From contig CP110439.1 of NCBI GenBank assembly GCA_026914245.1, forward strand, positions 4,216,001 through 4,280,000: 64,000 nt of DNA, written 5' to 3'. The notes under the pieces are model-generated. The model saw only the letters and a program-made list of their open reading frames with translations, ran no database searches and was not told where the DNA came from. Within the stretch, counting starts at the first letter, position 1; each line of letters opens with the position of its first letter. This DNA is from Puccinia triticina (taxonomy: Eukaryota). A program made the translations under genes and the position numbers. Positions 12,713 to 26,000 of this stretch are shown here, in pieces.

Positions 12713-13543
12713 TCCTTCTTCCATCCGCTTCCACTCGCTTCCTTGCATATTCAATATGTCACTCAAACACAACTTGATGCTTGTACTTAGTCTATATATA
12801 CCTAGCCTTGTACAAGCAATCAAGACCTTATTGGTTCATCTCCTTCTTTTTACGCCCTTTGAGCCGGTCCAGTGAGAAATCCCCATTTCACTGTCCATAT
12901 TCTTGCTTCACTTCTCAGACCCCATTTGGGTCTCACAAGTTCAAAACTCAACAAGTCTTGAGCTTGATTCTGTTAGGTTTCTTGCGGAGGGAGGCGGTCA
13001 TTGAGAGCTTGGATGGCAAAGAGGGCGCGGAGAATGTTTTTTAGGAGTAGAGACGGAGAGCGAGGCGGATGAGATCATCAGGGAGCCGACGGCATGGGCT
13101 ACCTCCTTGATGTCTTCGCTCCTTCTTCCATCCGCTTCCACTCGCTTCCTTGCATATTCAATATGTCACTCGACCACAACTTGATGCTTGTACTTAGTCT
13201 ATATATACCTAGCCTTGTACAAGCAATCAAGACCTTATTGGTTCATCTCCTTTTTTTTACGCCCTTTGAGCGGGTCCAGTGAGGAATCCCCATCTCACTG
13301 TCCATATTCTTGCTTCACTTCTCAGACCCCATTTTGGTCTCACAAGTTCAAAACTCAACAAGTCTTGAGCTTGATTCTGTTAGGTTTCTTGCGGAGGGAG
13401 GCGGTCATTGAGAGCGTGGATGGCGAAGAGGGCGCGGAGAATGTTTTTTTAGGAGTAGAGACGGAGAGCGAAGCGGCAGGAGGAGGAGGCGGATGAGATC
13501 ATCAGGGAGCCGACGGGATGGGCTACCTCCTTGATGTCTTCGC
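12713..13543. repeat. Tandem duplication, period about 407 bp, in a decayed coding-like region
   Basis: 12713-13119 is nearly identical to 13120-13543; the second copy has an extra 17 bp or so. Confidence 0.9.
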
Positions 13544-14273
13544 CAGATCGTGTTGCTCCTGGTGTGGTTTCCTCTATTACTACACGGTTGATTGGTCTGG
13601 GTTTTCAAGGGTGGTGGAGGGGGCGAGAGAGTGGTATGGTTTGAGAGCTGTTTGAGAAGCTGCTTGTTATCAATTTTCTGGCCTTCTGCTCCTCTTGTTT
13701 CCTCTTTGTTGACCCTGTCAATTACTCCTTGCTGGCTTTGCTGGGAAGCAGATAGTTTTTTCTTTGGAGGCAGGCGCGGGCGAGACAAGATTTCCGACCC
13801 CATCTTAGCCCCGGTCTTCTTCTTAGCCTGGTCAATGGCTTACCCCTGATGGATCTGTTGACGACTCCGTTTGGGTGCCCCTTGGTGGTCTGCAGAAAAA
13901 ATGGGCGGGTGTAATCAAACCAGTTACCAATCGCCAGCTAAACTCGCCGTGGTTGATCAGACTGGGTGGTTTGCTTAGCTGAGTGAATTTCTAGTTTTTT
14001 CCGGTCAAAAACAAAGCAAAGATTGGCCAGAATAAAAAAAACCTGTGCGCGTTGACAGTTGAAATGTGGTTTGTGTAGCTCATGGTTTCCATTTTCTACT
14101 TGAAGGGTTGTTTGGGGATGAAAAACATCCGGGGCGTGTTGGTTTGGTGACAATAGCAGCTGGGTCAATGTGGTGAGTTGGCTTAGTGGTGATAGTGGCT
14201 AGATCAATTCAACAAAGGACCAGAACAGTGGGGCTGCCATGATATTGCAAGTGTAGGTGGACCAGGGGTTTGG

Positions 14274-15015
14274 TGTCAGGGCGCGTCTCTAAAGTGGCGA
14301 CGCCCTGAATGGAAATGAACAGGTTGTGAGTTCCTAAATAGGAAAACACGCTCGACTCAACCGGGATACGGGAGGAGAAAGCCGCGCCTCCGTTGGAGGG
14401 GCTGGTAGAGCTAAGTCGTACCGGAACCTAAGAAGGTTCACAAGCTCAAGCTTACCTAGTAGGGTAGCAAGCGGAAAGAACCGTTAAGACGAGGAAGTGT
14501 GAACTGCGGAGGTGAAGGCGGTGAAAGGGATTCGGAGGCGGAGGCGGAGTCGAGGAGTAAGGAGTATTCGAAGATATAAGAAAGGATGAGATGTAACTAG
14601 ATGAAAGCCCCGGTCGTTTTGTATCAAACAAGGAAGACGGGCTTGGTAATCTAAAGAATAATCTGAGGAACCCTTTGTGGGGCGGAGGCCCCAGGTATTT
14701 TATACTTGACTGTGATGGCCACACTTAGGAGTCAGGCCTCCACAACGTTCTACTAGACCCACGCGTGACAACTTCGCGTGGATTGTTCTCACTCGAGTTT
14801 GACATACCATGCCCACGCGTAGAACACTCGCGTGGAATGTGCTCACTCGAGCTCGACAACCCGTGAGCGTTGTGGAGCTCTACTTAGTCGCGCTTGCTCG
14901 CGCACTCGCTGTCCTCGGCGCGTACTGTGCCTGGAGCGGCACTATGCGCGCACAGCTCTTCTGCTGCGCGTGTAGTGTCAGCTTTGGCGCTGTCTGGACT
15001 AGCCAAGGGCTGACA
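14274..15015 (-). mobile_element. Solo LTR (742 bp)
   Basis: TGTCAG...CTGACA termini; 5-bp TSD TTTGG on both sides; minus-strand start TGTCAGCC matches the LTR starts at 4384 and 46020. Confidence 0.88.
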
Positions 15016-15428
15016 TTTGGTAATGATGGGATGGCAACAGTTGCTGTAGGTAAGTTTGAGTTCAAATTGGAGGCATGCAGGCGACGGGGATGGAAAGGCG
15101 TGCAGGAGATGGCAATGGCAACAGGAGTTGTCAGTAAAGCACCGCGAGAGCTTAAATAGCAGGATCTGATGGTTGTGTTTTCCCCAGGATGTTTGGAATT
15201 GCTGCAATTCCAGCTATCCATTGTCCTCAACCCCTCCGCTGTTGCACATGCGGAGTCTGAGGGGAAAAGAGTGGGTCCGCCCCCACGGGTCCGTAGCCTT
15301 AGCTGCGGGCCGGGAGCCTTCACGTCCATCACTTTTGAACCGTGCACTTGACGGCTTGACACGGGCTGGGTGTTGCGCCTGTGGGCATGGCTTTGCCAAT
15401 GTTGGAAGGCTGGTTGAGAATTTAGAAT

Positions 15429-15612
15429 TAGGGTGTTCAAAGTTGAGTTGCATAAAATCATAAAATTCTGAGGTGAAAAAAATATGTACACCCAAACACT
15501 CAAGTTAGAGCAACATTTCTAAAATGGTGCATATGAAATCATCATTTGAAAGTTTCATGATTTTATGATTTTATGTAATGAAAATTTTATGATTTCAACT
15601 TTGAACACCTTA
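15429..15612. mobile_element. MITE (about 184 bp), 3-bp TSD AAT
   Basis: TIRs tagggtgttcaaagttga / tcaactttgaacacctta with subterminal cataaaat repeats; same family as 44880-45062. Confidence 0.75.
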
Positions 15613-15790
15613 AATGCTTTGTGATTTTTTTTTTTTTTTGATTTGTATGGTTTGAGGAAAAGTTATAATTTTTGGATTCTGGGGGAACCCTTCATTTTTT
15701 TTTTTTTTTTTAGGATTCTGGGAAAACTTTTTTAGGATTCTGGGAAAAAAGTCATGGTATAGCGGTTTGACATATAGCAGTTTCATTTTT

Positions 15791-16007
15791 TGTTGAGGGT
15801 AACTGGGTGACACAAGACTAAGAGAGATTGACGAGGTGTCAAGGACATAGTCCAAGCACAGTGAGTCAACTTGTAATAATCATTCAGTGAGAAAGGATAA
15901 CAGTCAAGAGAACAACTAGACTATATACATGTATCATATAGGCTAAGTTGTGGGTGTATAGGTTAGAAGCATACTACATAAGGAAATGCTAATATACTAT
16001 CTCAACA
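15791..16007. mobile_element. Short solo LTR (217 bp), Copia-like termini
   Basis: TGTTGAG...CTCAACA perfect 7-bp inverted ends; TTTTT on both sides. Confidence 0.75.
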
Positions 16008-17488
16008 TTTTTTTTTACGTAGTTACTTCCCGCACTGCAAAAAACTCTTTGCGCACTGCACAGTGTGCGCAGTCCCAAACACTTTGCGCACTGCGGATGA
16101 AATACACCACTTTTTCAAGATTTTTTTTGACCAATCAATAGAAAACCTTTTAATTGGCCTCTCTGGATTTTTTCGGAGTTTTTTGAATCATTCTTCTGTG
16201 TTAAAAAAATCATGAAAAACTAGAACAAATGTAGGATGTAAGGTTCCCATTTCCCAAAATTTCCAAATATTTTATTGAGTAATGTAAGATATAAAAACAG
16301 CTCTTTTGGAAAGTTTTACCTAATTTGTGCAAGGATAAGGGTCTGAAAAATGAGCATATTTTAGTGGATGTACTTTGCGCACTGCAGGGGGCGTCCACTC
16401 AACGTGCCGGCCACAGTGCGTGGTAGCTCAAAACGCTTAGCGCACTGCAAGCGCAAAACTATGAAATTCTCCCTTTTTTTTCTGCCAGCCGGCAGAGAGG
16501 ATTTTTCCTGCTCCTCCATCAAATTCTTGGAGGATTTGGAGCCCCCAGCTGGACACAAAAAAAGGATGAATAATAAACACAAAAAATAACCTGAGCGCAG
16601 GCTCCCGCTCCCCCGGGAGCGCTCCTCCGGGGCTTTCAACCTGCCAAATACTCACGGATCAGGTACAAAGCCCCTCAAAAACAAAGTTTGAGGGGCAGAA
16701 GCTCCGGCTGCCGCACCGATGGCCGGCACAGTCCGGTCATTGAGCAGCGTCTACACACTGGATCCCCCGATGACCGGCCAGGTGCAGTGCAGATTACCGG
16801 TCATCAAGTGGAATATGTACTCCTGTCAATGACCTGGTCGCTCCTTTCATCCAAAGGAGCACATATTTACTATACTCAATGACCAAGTCCACCCCGGTCA
16901 TGGAGAGGAGTAAACCCTGGCCTTGATGACCGGGTCCGTTCCGGTCATTGAGAGTAGTGTTTTGACCAGAACGGACCCAGTCTTTGAGAGGAGTGCAAAC
17001 TCTCCTTGATTACCAGGTCTGCTCCGGTTATTGAGAGTATAACATACCCCCCTCAACGGTCATTGAGGAGTAACCACTGCCCTCAATGACCAGTTCCGGC
17101 TCCTCTCATTGACCAGAGCGGACCCGTTCATTGAGGGGCTATTCTGGAAATCATCAAGAGGGAGTGCATCCTCCCCTTAATGACCAGTTTGTTCTGGTAA
17201 TCAAGAGGAGTGTTTCTCTCCTCTCAATGACCAGAACCGACCCGGCCATTGAGAGGAGTGTTTCTCTCCTCTCAATGACCAGAACAGACCCGGTCATCAA
17301 GGCAAGGGTTTACTCCTCTCCATGACCCGGGTGGAATCGGTCATCAAGTAAAGTATTGTGATTCTGATTAAGCTTGAACAATTCAAGATTCTCAGGGGGC
17401 TAAAGTTATGGCCTTTGAGCCACAGCACCGGTAAAATTTTGGTTTTCTGACCAACACAGCTCCAAAATTGACATGTCAGCCCCCTATT

Positions 17489-18210
17489 GTTGCCCAACAG
17501 GAAGGCTGAAAACCTGAACTCAAATGTCAGGATTCCATGATTTTGTGAGCCGCAGCTCCCGCGAACTCACAGGAAGTATCACAAGGGATATCACAAGCCA
17601 CCATTGAGCGCTGCACTTAGTCCTTCCAGTCCCGCCTCTCCTAGCTTGGCAGGGAAGTACTGAGACTTCCCCCGAGCTAGTTGAGCACCTCCCCTTTCCC
17701 TCTCTTTCTTCCTTTCCCTTTTTCTCTTCTCAATGGTTTGTATGTAGAGGGAAGTACTGAGACTTCCCCCGAGCTAGCTCCCTTGCCCCATCTGCAATAC
17801 AATCGGAGGTTCTAGAACTGCTCGCGCCCTCGTCCTTGTCCTCGTCCCCGTTGCCCAACAGGAAGGCTGAAAACCTGAACTCAAATGTCAGGATTCCATG
17901 ATTTTGTGAGCCGCAGCTCCCGCGAACTCACAGGAAGTATCACAAGGGATATCACAAGCCACCATTGAGCGCTGCACTTAGTCCTTCCAGTCCCGCCTCT
18001 CCTAGCTCGGCAGGGAAGTACTGAGACTTCCCCCGAGCTAGTTGAGCACCTCCCCTTTCCCTCTCTTTCTTCCTTTCCCTTTTTCTCTTCTCAATGGTTT
18101 GTATGTAGAGGGAAGTACTGAGACTTCCCCCGAGCTAGCTCCCTTGCCCCATCTGCAATACAATCGGAGGTTCTAGAACTGCTCGCGCCCTCGTCCTTGT
18201 CCTCGTCCCC
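17489..18210. repeat. 361-bp tandem duplication covering flank, TSD and most of the 5' LTR of element A
   Basis: 17489-17849 is almost identical to 17850-18210; ttgcc microhomology at the junction. Confidence 0.92.
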
Positions 18211-18638
18211 TTGCCTCTTGTCCTCGCCCCTTGTCCCAGTGAAGTTCTCCGTGTCAAGAGCTTACACTTTTTTTTTCTCAAACCTCTACCTTGCTAATCA
18301 CCTCGACCACGCATACCTTGCAAAAGCTTCATGTCCACCAGACATACGACCTCTTCCGATCAACTTCTTCCACTAACAGAAACCGAGGCGTAAAGCCAAG
18401 AGAGCAGCCGCCGCTGCAGAAAAACAACGTCACACGACTCTACCCGTCGAACTGCCACCAGCCCCGCCAGCGACCTCACACCAAACGCCACTCTTGACCT
18501 CGCAACCGGCTACAGCAGCCGTTCCAACCCTAGTCCCCGGCCCCCTTGAAACTCACTCCTGCCCCCCATCCTTATCAACCTCCCTAATCCTTCCGCAAGC
18601 GGTAGGATTCCCAAGCAGCCCAACAAAATTGTTTTTTT

Positions 18639-20327
18639 TTGGCTGACAACAACGTCCCTCCAATCATGCGAGTGTGGTCCCCAATTGAACCGATGGCTAC
18701 AACAGCACCCCCTCCACCAACAAAACCCTTCAACCCATTGCTGTCAACACCACCAACCGTCCCCCCACCACCTCAACCCCATCTAAAGCCAGAGCCTTCC
18801 ACATCTCGCGCCCTGACGACTGCCTCCCCAGACACCCAATCAATCACCATGGCACACGGAGAAAGACTAGGCGCAAACTCTGACCCGCCCCCGAATGCAC
18901 CACAAGCCTCATCATCAGCCCCCGGTCCTCAAGCGGACAACTCTTTTGTGGCACAGCTACAAAGTCTGATGTTGACACTTCAGCAGGCCAATCTCGATGT
19001 GCAACGTGCCGCGGATGCCAGAGCGCTGGCTGCGCAAGAAGCCGCAGAGGAAAGAGCGAGAGCAGACACCAAATGCTTCCGAATAGCTCAAGCGGCCGCG
19101 GAGGAACGAGTAAGGGCGAACGAAGAGCGCTTTGCCCAACTGCAGGAGACCCTGATCCGCACAACAACTCAAAAAACAGCCCCACCAAGCCCAACCACCC
19201 CACCAGACGACCATATCGACCTCTGTAGGTTCTGCACATCCAACAGCCCATCCTACATAGGGCTCTGCCAAGAGACAAAGGCATTTTTGGCCTGGATCCA
19301 GGCACTAGAGATTTTTTTTGACACCAAAAAGGTTACCGCTACCAACGATAAGATCAGGATTGCCGGCACGCTCATCAAGGAAACGAATCTCTTATTGGTA
19401 TACTCAAACAAAGCAAGAAAGCACCTTGAGAAGCCCTGGAACGAATTCAAACAAACTTTCTTTGATGCGGCTCTCCCGGTACGCTGGCACCAGGGACTGA
19501 AGGAAAAGATCCAGTCCCTCAAAATGGAGGCCACGGAGACCTTTGCACAATACGAGACAAGGGCTCAAACCCTCCAATGCGTGATTAACTACGACTCCGA
19601 CCCCTTGAAGATCTCGGATCTCAGCCTTGCCAAATGGCTAAGCGGCGGGCTACCCACTGAGATCCAAGCCAACATCCTCAAATTTGAGATACTCAAAAAC
19701 ACACCGTTTGATTACAGCCGTTTCGCGAAACATGTTTGCATCTTCTTCAACACTCTCCCGGCTTGAGCACCAACAAACCAACCCAGAGCGCAAACAACAA
19801 CGGCATCCACAAATGTTACTGCAACCACCAAACCTAGTGCCACCGGGACCTTGTCGGACAATCTGCGCTGGTGAATCCACTCATACCTGGATGTGATGGG
19901 CCGCTGCCACTGGTGCAGAGGACACTGCGGCATGCCGAATGGATCTTGCACCAACGAACGCGCCAGAGGGAGGGTCGAATTCCCTCCGTCCTACGTAGCG
20001 CCACCAAAACCACCAAACTACACCGCCCCCCTAACATGGAGCTCCGCAAGAGGCCCAAGACCCCGTCCCCCTAACGCCACGGGGGGTCGAGCAACCTCGC
20101 GACCAGCTGGAGTGGCAAGAGTCTCGGACAAGCCAAGCAACCTATACTCAAGCATGATGGTCACATTGACGGCGGCCATTGAGGAATTGGAAAAAATTGT
20201 TGCCCAAGGATACAATGAAGAGGAAGAGATGGTGACTGAAGACAACAAAGCCGCCGCAATCCAAACGTTTGGTGTTCAACGAATCACTCAACGCCCTGAT
20301 CTCCAACTCAATCCTAGGGCTAACTGA
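18639..20327 (+). pseudogene. Gag-like ORF of element A, disrupted by stop and frameshift
   Basis: Pro-rich N-terminus, coiled coil, capsid-like FLAWIQALEIFF...KIRIAG...WNEFK, Cys/His motif GRCHWCRGHCG in the second fragment. Confidence 0.75.
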
Positions 20328-20822
20328 GGGGTATGTGTGCAATCCCCCTAAACCCCACAAGACCCTGCACCTCCTCCATAAGGGGCGTGGCTTACAAGGC
20401 CACATTTTTACAGTGAAGAACCCAAGACCAATAGCCACTCATCCAAATAGCCGTTTCCGCCCGATGATGCCCCATCTTCCCGTTAACACACCACAACCAG
20501 CTTGTCTGATTGTTGCCCAATAGCCACTCATCCAAATAGCCGTTTCCGCCCGATGATGCCCCATCTTCCCATTAACACGCCACAACCAGCTTGTCTGATT
20601 GTTGCTCACACCCCCACCCAATTTCCCGTCCTATTTTCATTTGAAGAATACCCGACAATTTCACGATCCGCCACTAACTATCAAGACCAAAAACATCACA
20701 ACCAACCAACGCAACAAGACACCACTCTTTGCTACTCAACCAGCACGCAACTCAACCCAAGATGTACATGGCCAAGGCCAACGCTCCAAACAACCACCAA
20801 ACCATCACCCTCACCGTTGTGG

Positions 20823-21297
20823 CAACAGTGGGCCGCTACGCTACACTACGCTACAAGGCCACTTAGCGTTAGCGTAGCGGCAAAAAGCGCCTGCCCATTT
20901 TGAGTAGCGTTAGCGCGCTGTTAGCGCCGCTACGCTGCGCTACGTTTCAGCGGCGCTAACAGCGCTCCAATTGTTTGTTAGTGTTAGCGCGCCGCTACAG
21001 TCACTACGCTACGCTACGCGGCGCTACAGCGCTTTTAGCGGAAAAAAGGCCTTTTTTCAGCTAAAAGCACTGTGGCGCACCGTAGCGCGCGCTCTTTTGC
21101 GCCCTGCGTGTGTAGCGTTAGCGCAATTGCGCGCATCTGCGCTAACGCTACGCTAACAGCTAAATTAGCTGCGCACCCTTTGCGCGTAGCGTTAGCGCAG
21201 AAAGGCGCAATTCCGCTAACGCTACGCTAAAATTTAGCGGAATTCCGCTACGCTACGCCACGCTAACGCTACGGTTAGCGTGGCTGGCCCACCGTTG
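20823..21297. mobile_element. MITE, CAA...TTG termini, 7-bp TSD
   Basis: TIRs caacagtgggcc / ggcccaccgttg; TSD GTTGTGG (20816-20822, 21298-21304); interior built from cgctacgcta/tagcgttagcg. Confidence 0.9.
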
Positions 21298-21299
21298 GT

Positions 21300-22055
21300 T
21301 GTGGTGGACAATCTGGTACATGCGTAGGATCAGGCTTTTTGCCGCGCATGGCGCGCGCCGGAGGACGTCAGGAGTCAACACATCAAGGCCTCAAGCTCTC
21401 AAACTTCAAAGCTTTCTCAAGTTTCAATAGCGCGGCGTGGCGCGCATCCTCAAGGCGTTTCAGGTTTCCTTTCCCTCCTCCTTTCTTTTCCTTTGTTTCT
21501 GTTCTCCTTGGTCAGTTTTCTTTTCTTCATGTTGTTTGCTTTCTATCTTTCACACTGCGCGCTTTGGATAAGTTTGGATGAGGAGGGTTGGTCTTGGTTT
21601 TGTTTTGTTCTGTCTCTTGTCTTGTGTCTCTTGTCTTGTCTTGTTTGTAGCGCGCGTGTGCGCGCTAGGTTGTGATGAGCTGTCTGTTAGATGTCACAAG
21701 CTCCAGAGTTTGAGTTCAGTTCAAACTCCAGCTTTGGAGCGGCATGGACCCACTCTGAACAGTATAATTTCAGTCAATCCATCAAAGTTCAAAGTCTATT
21801 GTTCCTGGGCCTTTCAGCCCGTATTCTGAGTATCACACGTCTTTAAAGTTCTTTACCCCACAAAACGCCGATCTCCTCCACCTCTCTGGCTTAGATCACA
21901 ATTCCGCCGGCAGTATTCCCGGTTTCTCCCTTATCAACAAAACCGCCTACGCGCATCTCCAGCCGTTGTAAAATCAAAACCCCCCCCCAACGCTACACAA
22001 AACACTGTGCTCACTCACGGCCAAGAATCACCGGAGGGCATACGCAAGTTATTCA
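21300..22055 (+). mobile_element. Extra, inverted, 3'-truncated LTR of element B
   Basis: Reverse complement of 22118-22858 and of about 29526-30267; starts TGTGGTGG; lacks the last 60 bp or so. Confidence 0.92.
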
Positions 22056-23044
22056 AAATGAGGAACTCTGGCCGGTGCTAGGCCGGCAGCAGTTCGGGGA
22101 GGGGAATGGAAAAGAAATGAATAACTTGTGTATGCCCTCCGGTGATTCTTGGCCGTGAGTGAGCACAGTGTTTCGTGTAGCGTTGGGGGGGGTTTTGATT
22201 TTACAACGGCTGGAGATGCGCGTAGGCGGTTTTGTTGATAAGGGAGAAACCGGGAATACTGCCGGCGGAATTGTGATCTAAGCCAGAGAGGTGGAGGAGA
22301 TCGGCGTTTTGTGGGGTAAAGAACTTTAAAGACGTGTGATACTCAGAATACGGGCTGAAAGGCCCAGGAACAATAGACTTTGAACTTTGATGGATTGACT
22401 GAAATTATACGGTTCAGAGTGGGTCCATGCCGCTCCAAAGCCGGATTTCAAACTCAACTCAAACTCTGGAGCTTGTGACATCTAACAGACAGCTCATCAC
22501 AACCTAGCGCGCACACGCGCGCTACAAACAAGACAAGACAAGAGACAGAACAAAACAAAACCAAGACCAACCCTCCTCATCCAAACTTATCCAAAGAGCG
22601 CAGTGTGAAAGATAGAAAGCAAACAACATGAAGAAAAGAAAACTGACCAAGGAGAACAGAAACAAAGGAAAAGAAAGGAGGAGGGAAAGAAAACCTGAAA
22701 CGCCTTGAGGATGCGCGCCACGCCGCGCTCTTGAAACTTGAGAAAGCTTTGAAGTTTGAGAGCTTGAGGTCTTGATGTGTTGACTCCTGAAGTCCTCCGG
22801 CGCGCGCCATGCGCGGCAAAAAGCCTGATCCTACGCGTGTACCAGATTGTCCACCACATCCACCCACGACTTGCGGTCTGTCCCTAGACTGCTCATCCCA
22901 TACCGTGCCTAAAGGAAATCCAAGCCCTGAGAGAGAAAGAGAAACAAACCAGGCGCTCCCGCGGTGCTCACGAACGTGGCAAGAAGTAGAGTTTTTGACA
23001 ATCGCGGTAGTAACTACCCGGGAGGTGCACACTTGGAGAGGAAC

Positions 23045-26000
23045 TTACTTGTGGTCAGCAATGTCCTCCCGGGAAAAGAACCTCTTCCCTTGATCCGCGG
23101 CGAACCGACGCTTGAGCTCCGTGCCGTCAAGTTCCGCCAGGACATAAGAACCGCCATGAACCTGCTTCACAACCCGGTAGGGGCCGTTCCACCGATGAGC
23201 AAACAACTGTCCCCACTGAATTTTGAGTGACCGGTTATTCCAGAGGACCTGATCGCCCGGCTTGAGGGGCTCTTGAATCCGTGACGCCTTCTTTTCTTCC
23301 CAGTACCGCACGGATTCGCCTCTTGCATCCACCATCCTTTTGTACGCGACACCGCGCGTCTCCTCGCTGCGTTCCAACTGAAGAGAGCGCGCCGCCAGCA
23401 GGTCCGCAGTGTCCTGGACTGAATCCCAGTCAACTCCTAGATAGGACTCCAGTTCCAAATCCAACGGCAGAACGGCCCGCTGGCCGAACACGAGCTCGTA
23501 GGGGGAATAGCCGGTAGTGCGCTTAGTCGAGATCCGATCGGCAAACAGAACCAGGGGCAGGAATTTGCGGCAATTCTTTCCGCTCTCGCCTGCCAATTTC
23601 ACCAAAGCTGCCTTAAGGGGTCCATGGCCACGCTCCACCATCCCTTGTCCCTCGGGGTAGTAAGGAGTGGATACGCGGTGCTGGCCGGGCAGAGCGCGCA
23701 ACATCGCAGCCAGCGCACCGCCAAATTCTGAGCCGCCGTCCGTCGAGTAAGCTTGAGCCAATCCATAGCGCATAGTCCAGTGTTCTTGCAAAAACGCGGC
23801 CACCGCTTTTGAGGTCAAATTATTAAGGATCTTGGCTTCGACCCACCCGGAGAAATCATCACGCGCCACTATCAAATACTTAGCGCCGCCGGCTTTAAGA
23901 TTTACGGCGTCCATAGATACGCGCCCGAAAACTGTCGACTCCCCCGTAGGATAGCGCAACTCCTGCGGGCGTCTGAGGTCCTTTTTCTGGCACGCCTCAC
24001 AGCTGCGACGCCACCTGACAACCGCCTCCTTTAACGACGGCCACCAAAAGCGCTCCGCTACCCGCCGATACGTCTCCGTAGAGCCCCTATGGCCCAGATC
24101 CTCGTGAAGCTTAGTCAGTATTTCCTGCTGCTTCGCCGGGACGGTCACTACGATACGAGGTAGGGGACTTCCCCTCTTCATTAGTCTTCCGGCTTGCAAG
24201 AAGAAATCCGACGACCGGCGCTTCAGCGCTCGAAAATCCTTCGCGCCCATCCCTTCCGGCTTGAGCAGAGTAGCTAGAAACAGCTCCATACAGCGCCAAT
24301 AGCCTTCCTGATAGCCTGAATAAGCTTCCTCTGCGGCAACCGCGTAGGAGTGTCGTGCTATGATGTGAGGTGCTTCTTCGTCAAAATCCGAAGGGGGGTC
24401 CGACTCGTCGTCTCCTCGAGGGCGTCTTGAGAGGCCGTCGGGCATGGTGAAAGACTTCCCTGGCCGGTGGACAATATCAAAGGAAAACAGATGAATAAAA
24501 GCAACCCAACCCGTCATGGGCGCATTGGGAAGGCTGGGTGCATTGATCATCTCAATCAGAGAATGTGCGTCGACCTGAAGCTCAAAGTGCTGGCCCCAGA
24601 GTATGGTCTGCATCTTCTTGAGAATCCGCGCTACGCCACACAGTTCGAGTTTGGGCTGAGAATAACGGGATTCCACGTCTGAGAACAGAAGAGACTTGTA
24701 AAGCGCTGGCCGGTCCAAACCCATCTGATCCTCCTGCGTAAGGACCGCTCCAGCAGCATGGAAACTGGAATCTACCGCGAGCTTGATTCTGCCCGCCTCC
24801 GGGCCGTAGTCAATTTTCACTAGCACAATGTCCTGACCGACAATTGTCTTGAGTTTCTGAAACGCGGCCGTGCATTCGGCGGTCCAGATCCATTCAAAAT
24901 CCTTCCGAGTTAAGCGTTGCAGCGGGAGACAAATCTCGGACAGCGCGGGGATAAAAATGCGCACGTAAACCACGAAGCCCAGAAAACCACGTACCTCCGT
25001 AGGATTAACCGGAGTTGGCCATGAAAGAATCTTATTCACTTTAGATTCCGAAATCTTCCGGCCTTCTTTGCATACTACATGCCCGACTATTTCAAGGGCG
25101 GGAACACACGCAGCTAGCTTTGAAGCCGCGACCGTCAGTCCGGACTCCTTTATTCGGAAGAGAATCCGCTCAAGTGTTGTTGCATACTCCCATATAAAGT
25201 GACGAATCCCGGAATGCCATGGAACCGTCTTGTTGTCATAATCAGAAGCTGGGCCCTTGATGCCTCCGTCGTCTATGAAGATGCCGGCGTATTCGGGAAT
25301 TTCCTCTTGTAGGATCCACGTCATTTGCGCCTGGTACACGGCGACTGAATTAGTGGCGCCTTGAGGCAGACGCGTGAGTTGAAAACGCCCTAAGGGAGTA
25401 TCAAATGTAGTGAGAGGGCGAGATATGGGATCCAAGGCGCGCTCGTCGTAGCCACCCATTATGTCGCCTAACCCGTAGCAAGCTTGACCCGCGAAAGATT
25501 CCACGAACTCTTCAGTGGCCGGCGGCACTCCAGCATCCTTAACCGTTACTTTTTTCAAAGGCTGAAGGTCGTGGACGACTCGCAGCTTGCCGTTACTTTT
25601 GAGGACGCAGAAAACTGGGGACGAGTAGGTCAAGGTGGATTGTTCATACAAGCCCGTCCTCACACGCTCCCGAATCAGTCGAATAAACTTGTCCAGTTTA
25701 GCCGTGGGGATAGGGATCCTCTTCTTCTGCCAAGGCTCATGGTCTACCACTGGGATGATGTAGGGCATCCCGTACGAATCTTTTAGCAATCCTTGCTCCT
25801 CTTCGGTGAATGCAATGGCAAGGTTGCGCTCGGACAAGACATTTTTGATCAGGTTTAATTCGTCGGGACGAAGCCAACTCGGTGGACCGAAATTCACGAC
25901 CTTCAGCCTCTCCTCCGTTACCCGTCCCTTAGGAACAAATGGACCCGCGAAACTGCGCGGAAGACTGCGGTAAGGGTCCCTAGAGAGCAAAGGGCGGCGG

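Noticed and set aside
22474..22858. Shorter 385-bp LTR definition for element B using an internal TGTGACA
   Set aside because: Direct-repeat identity continues to 22059/29467, where the CA end is followed by the PBS.
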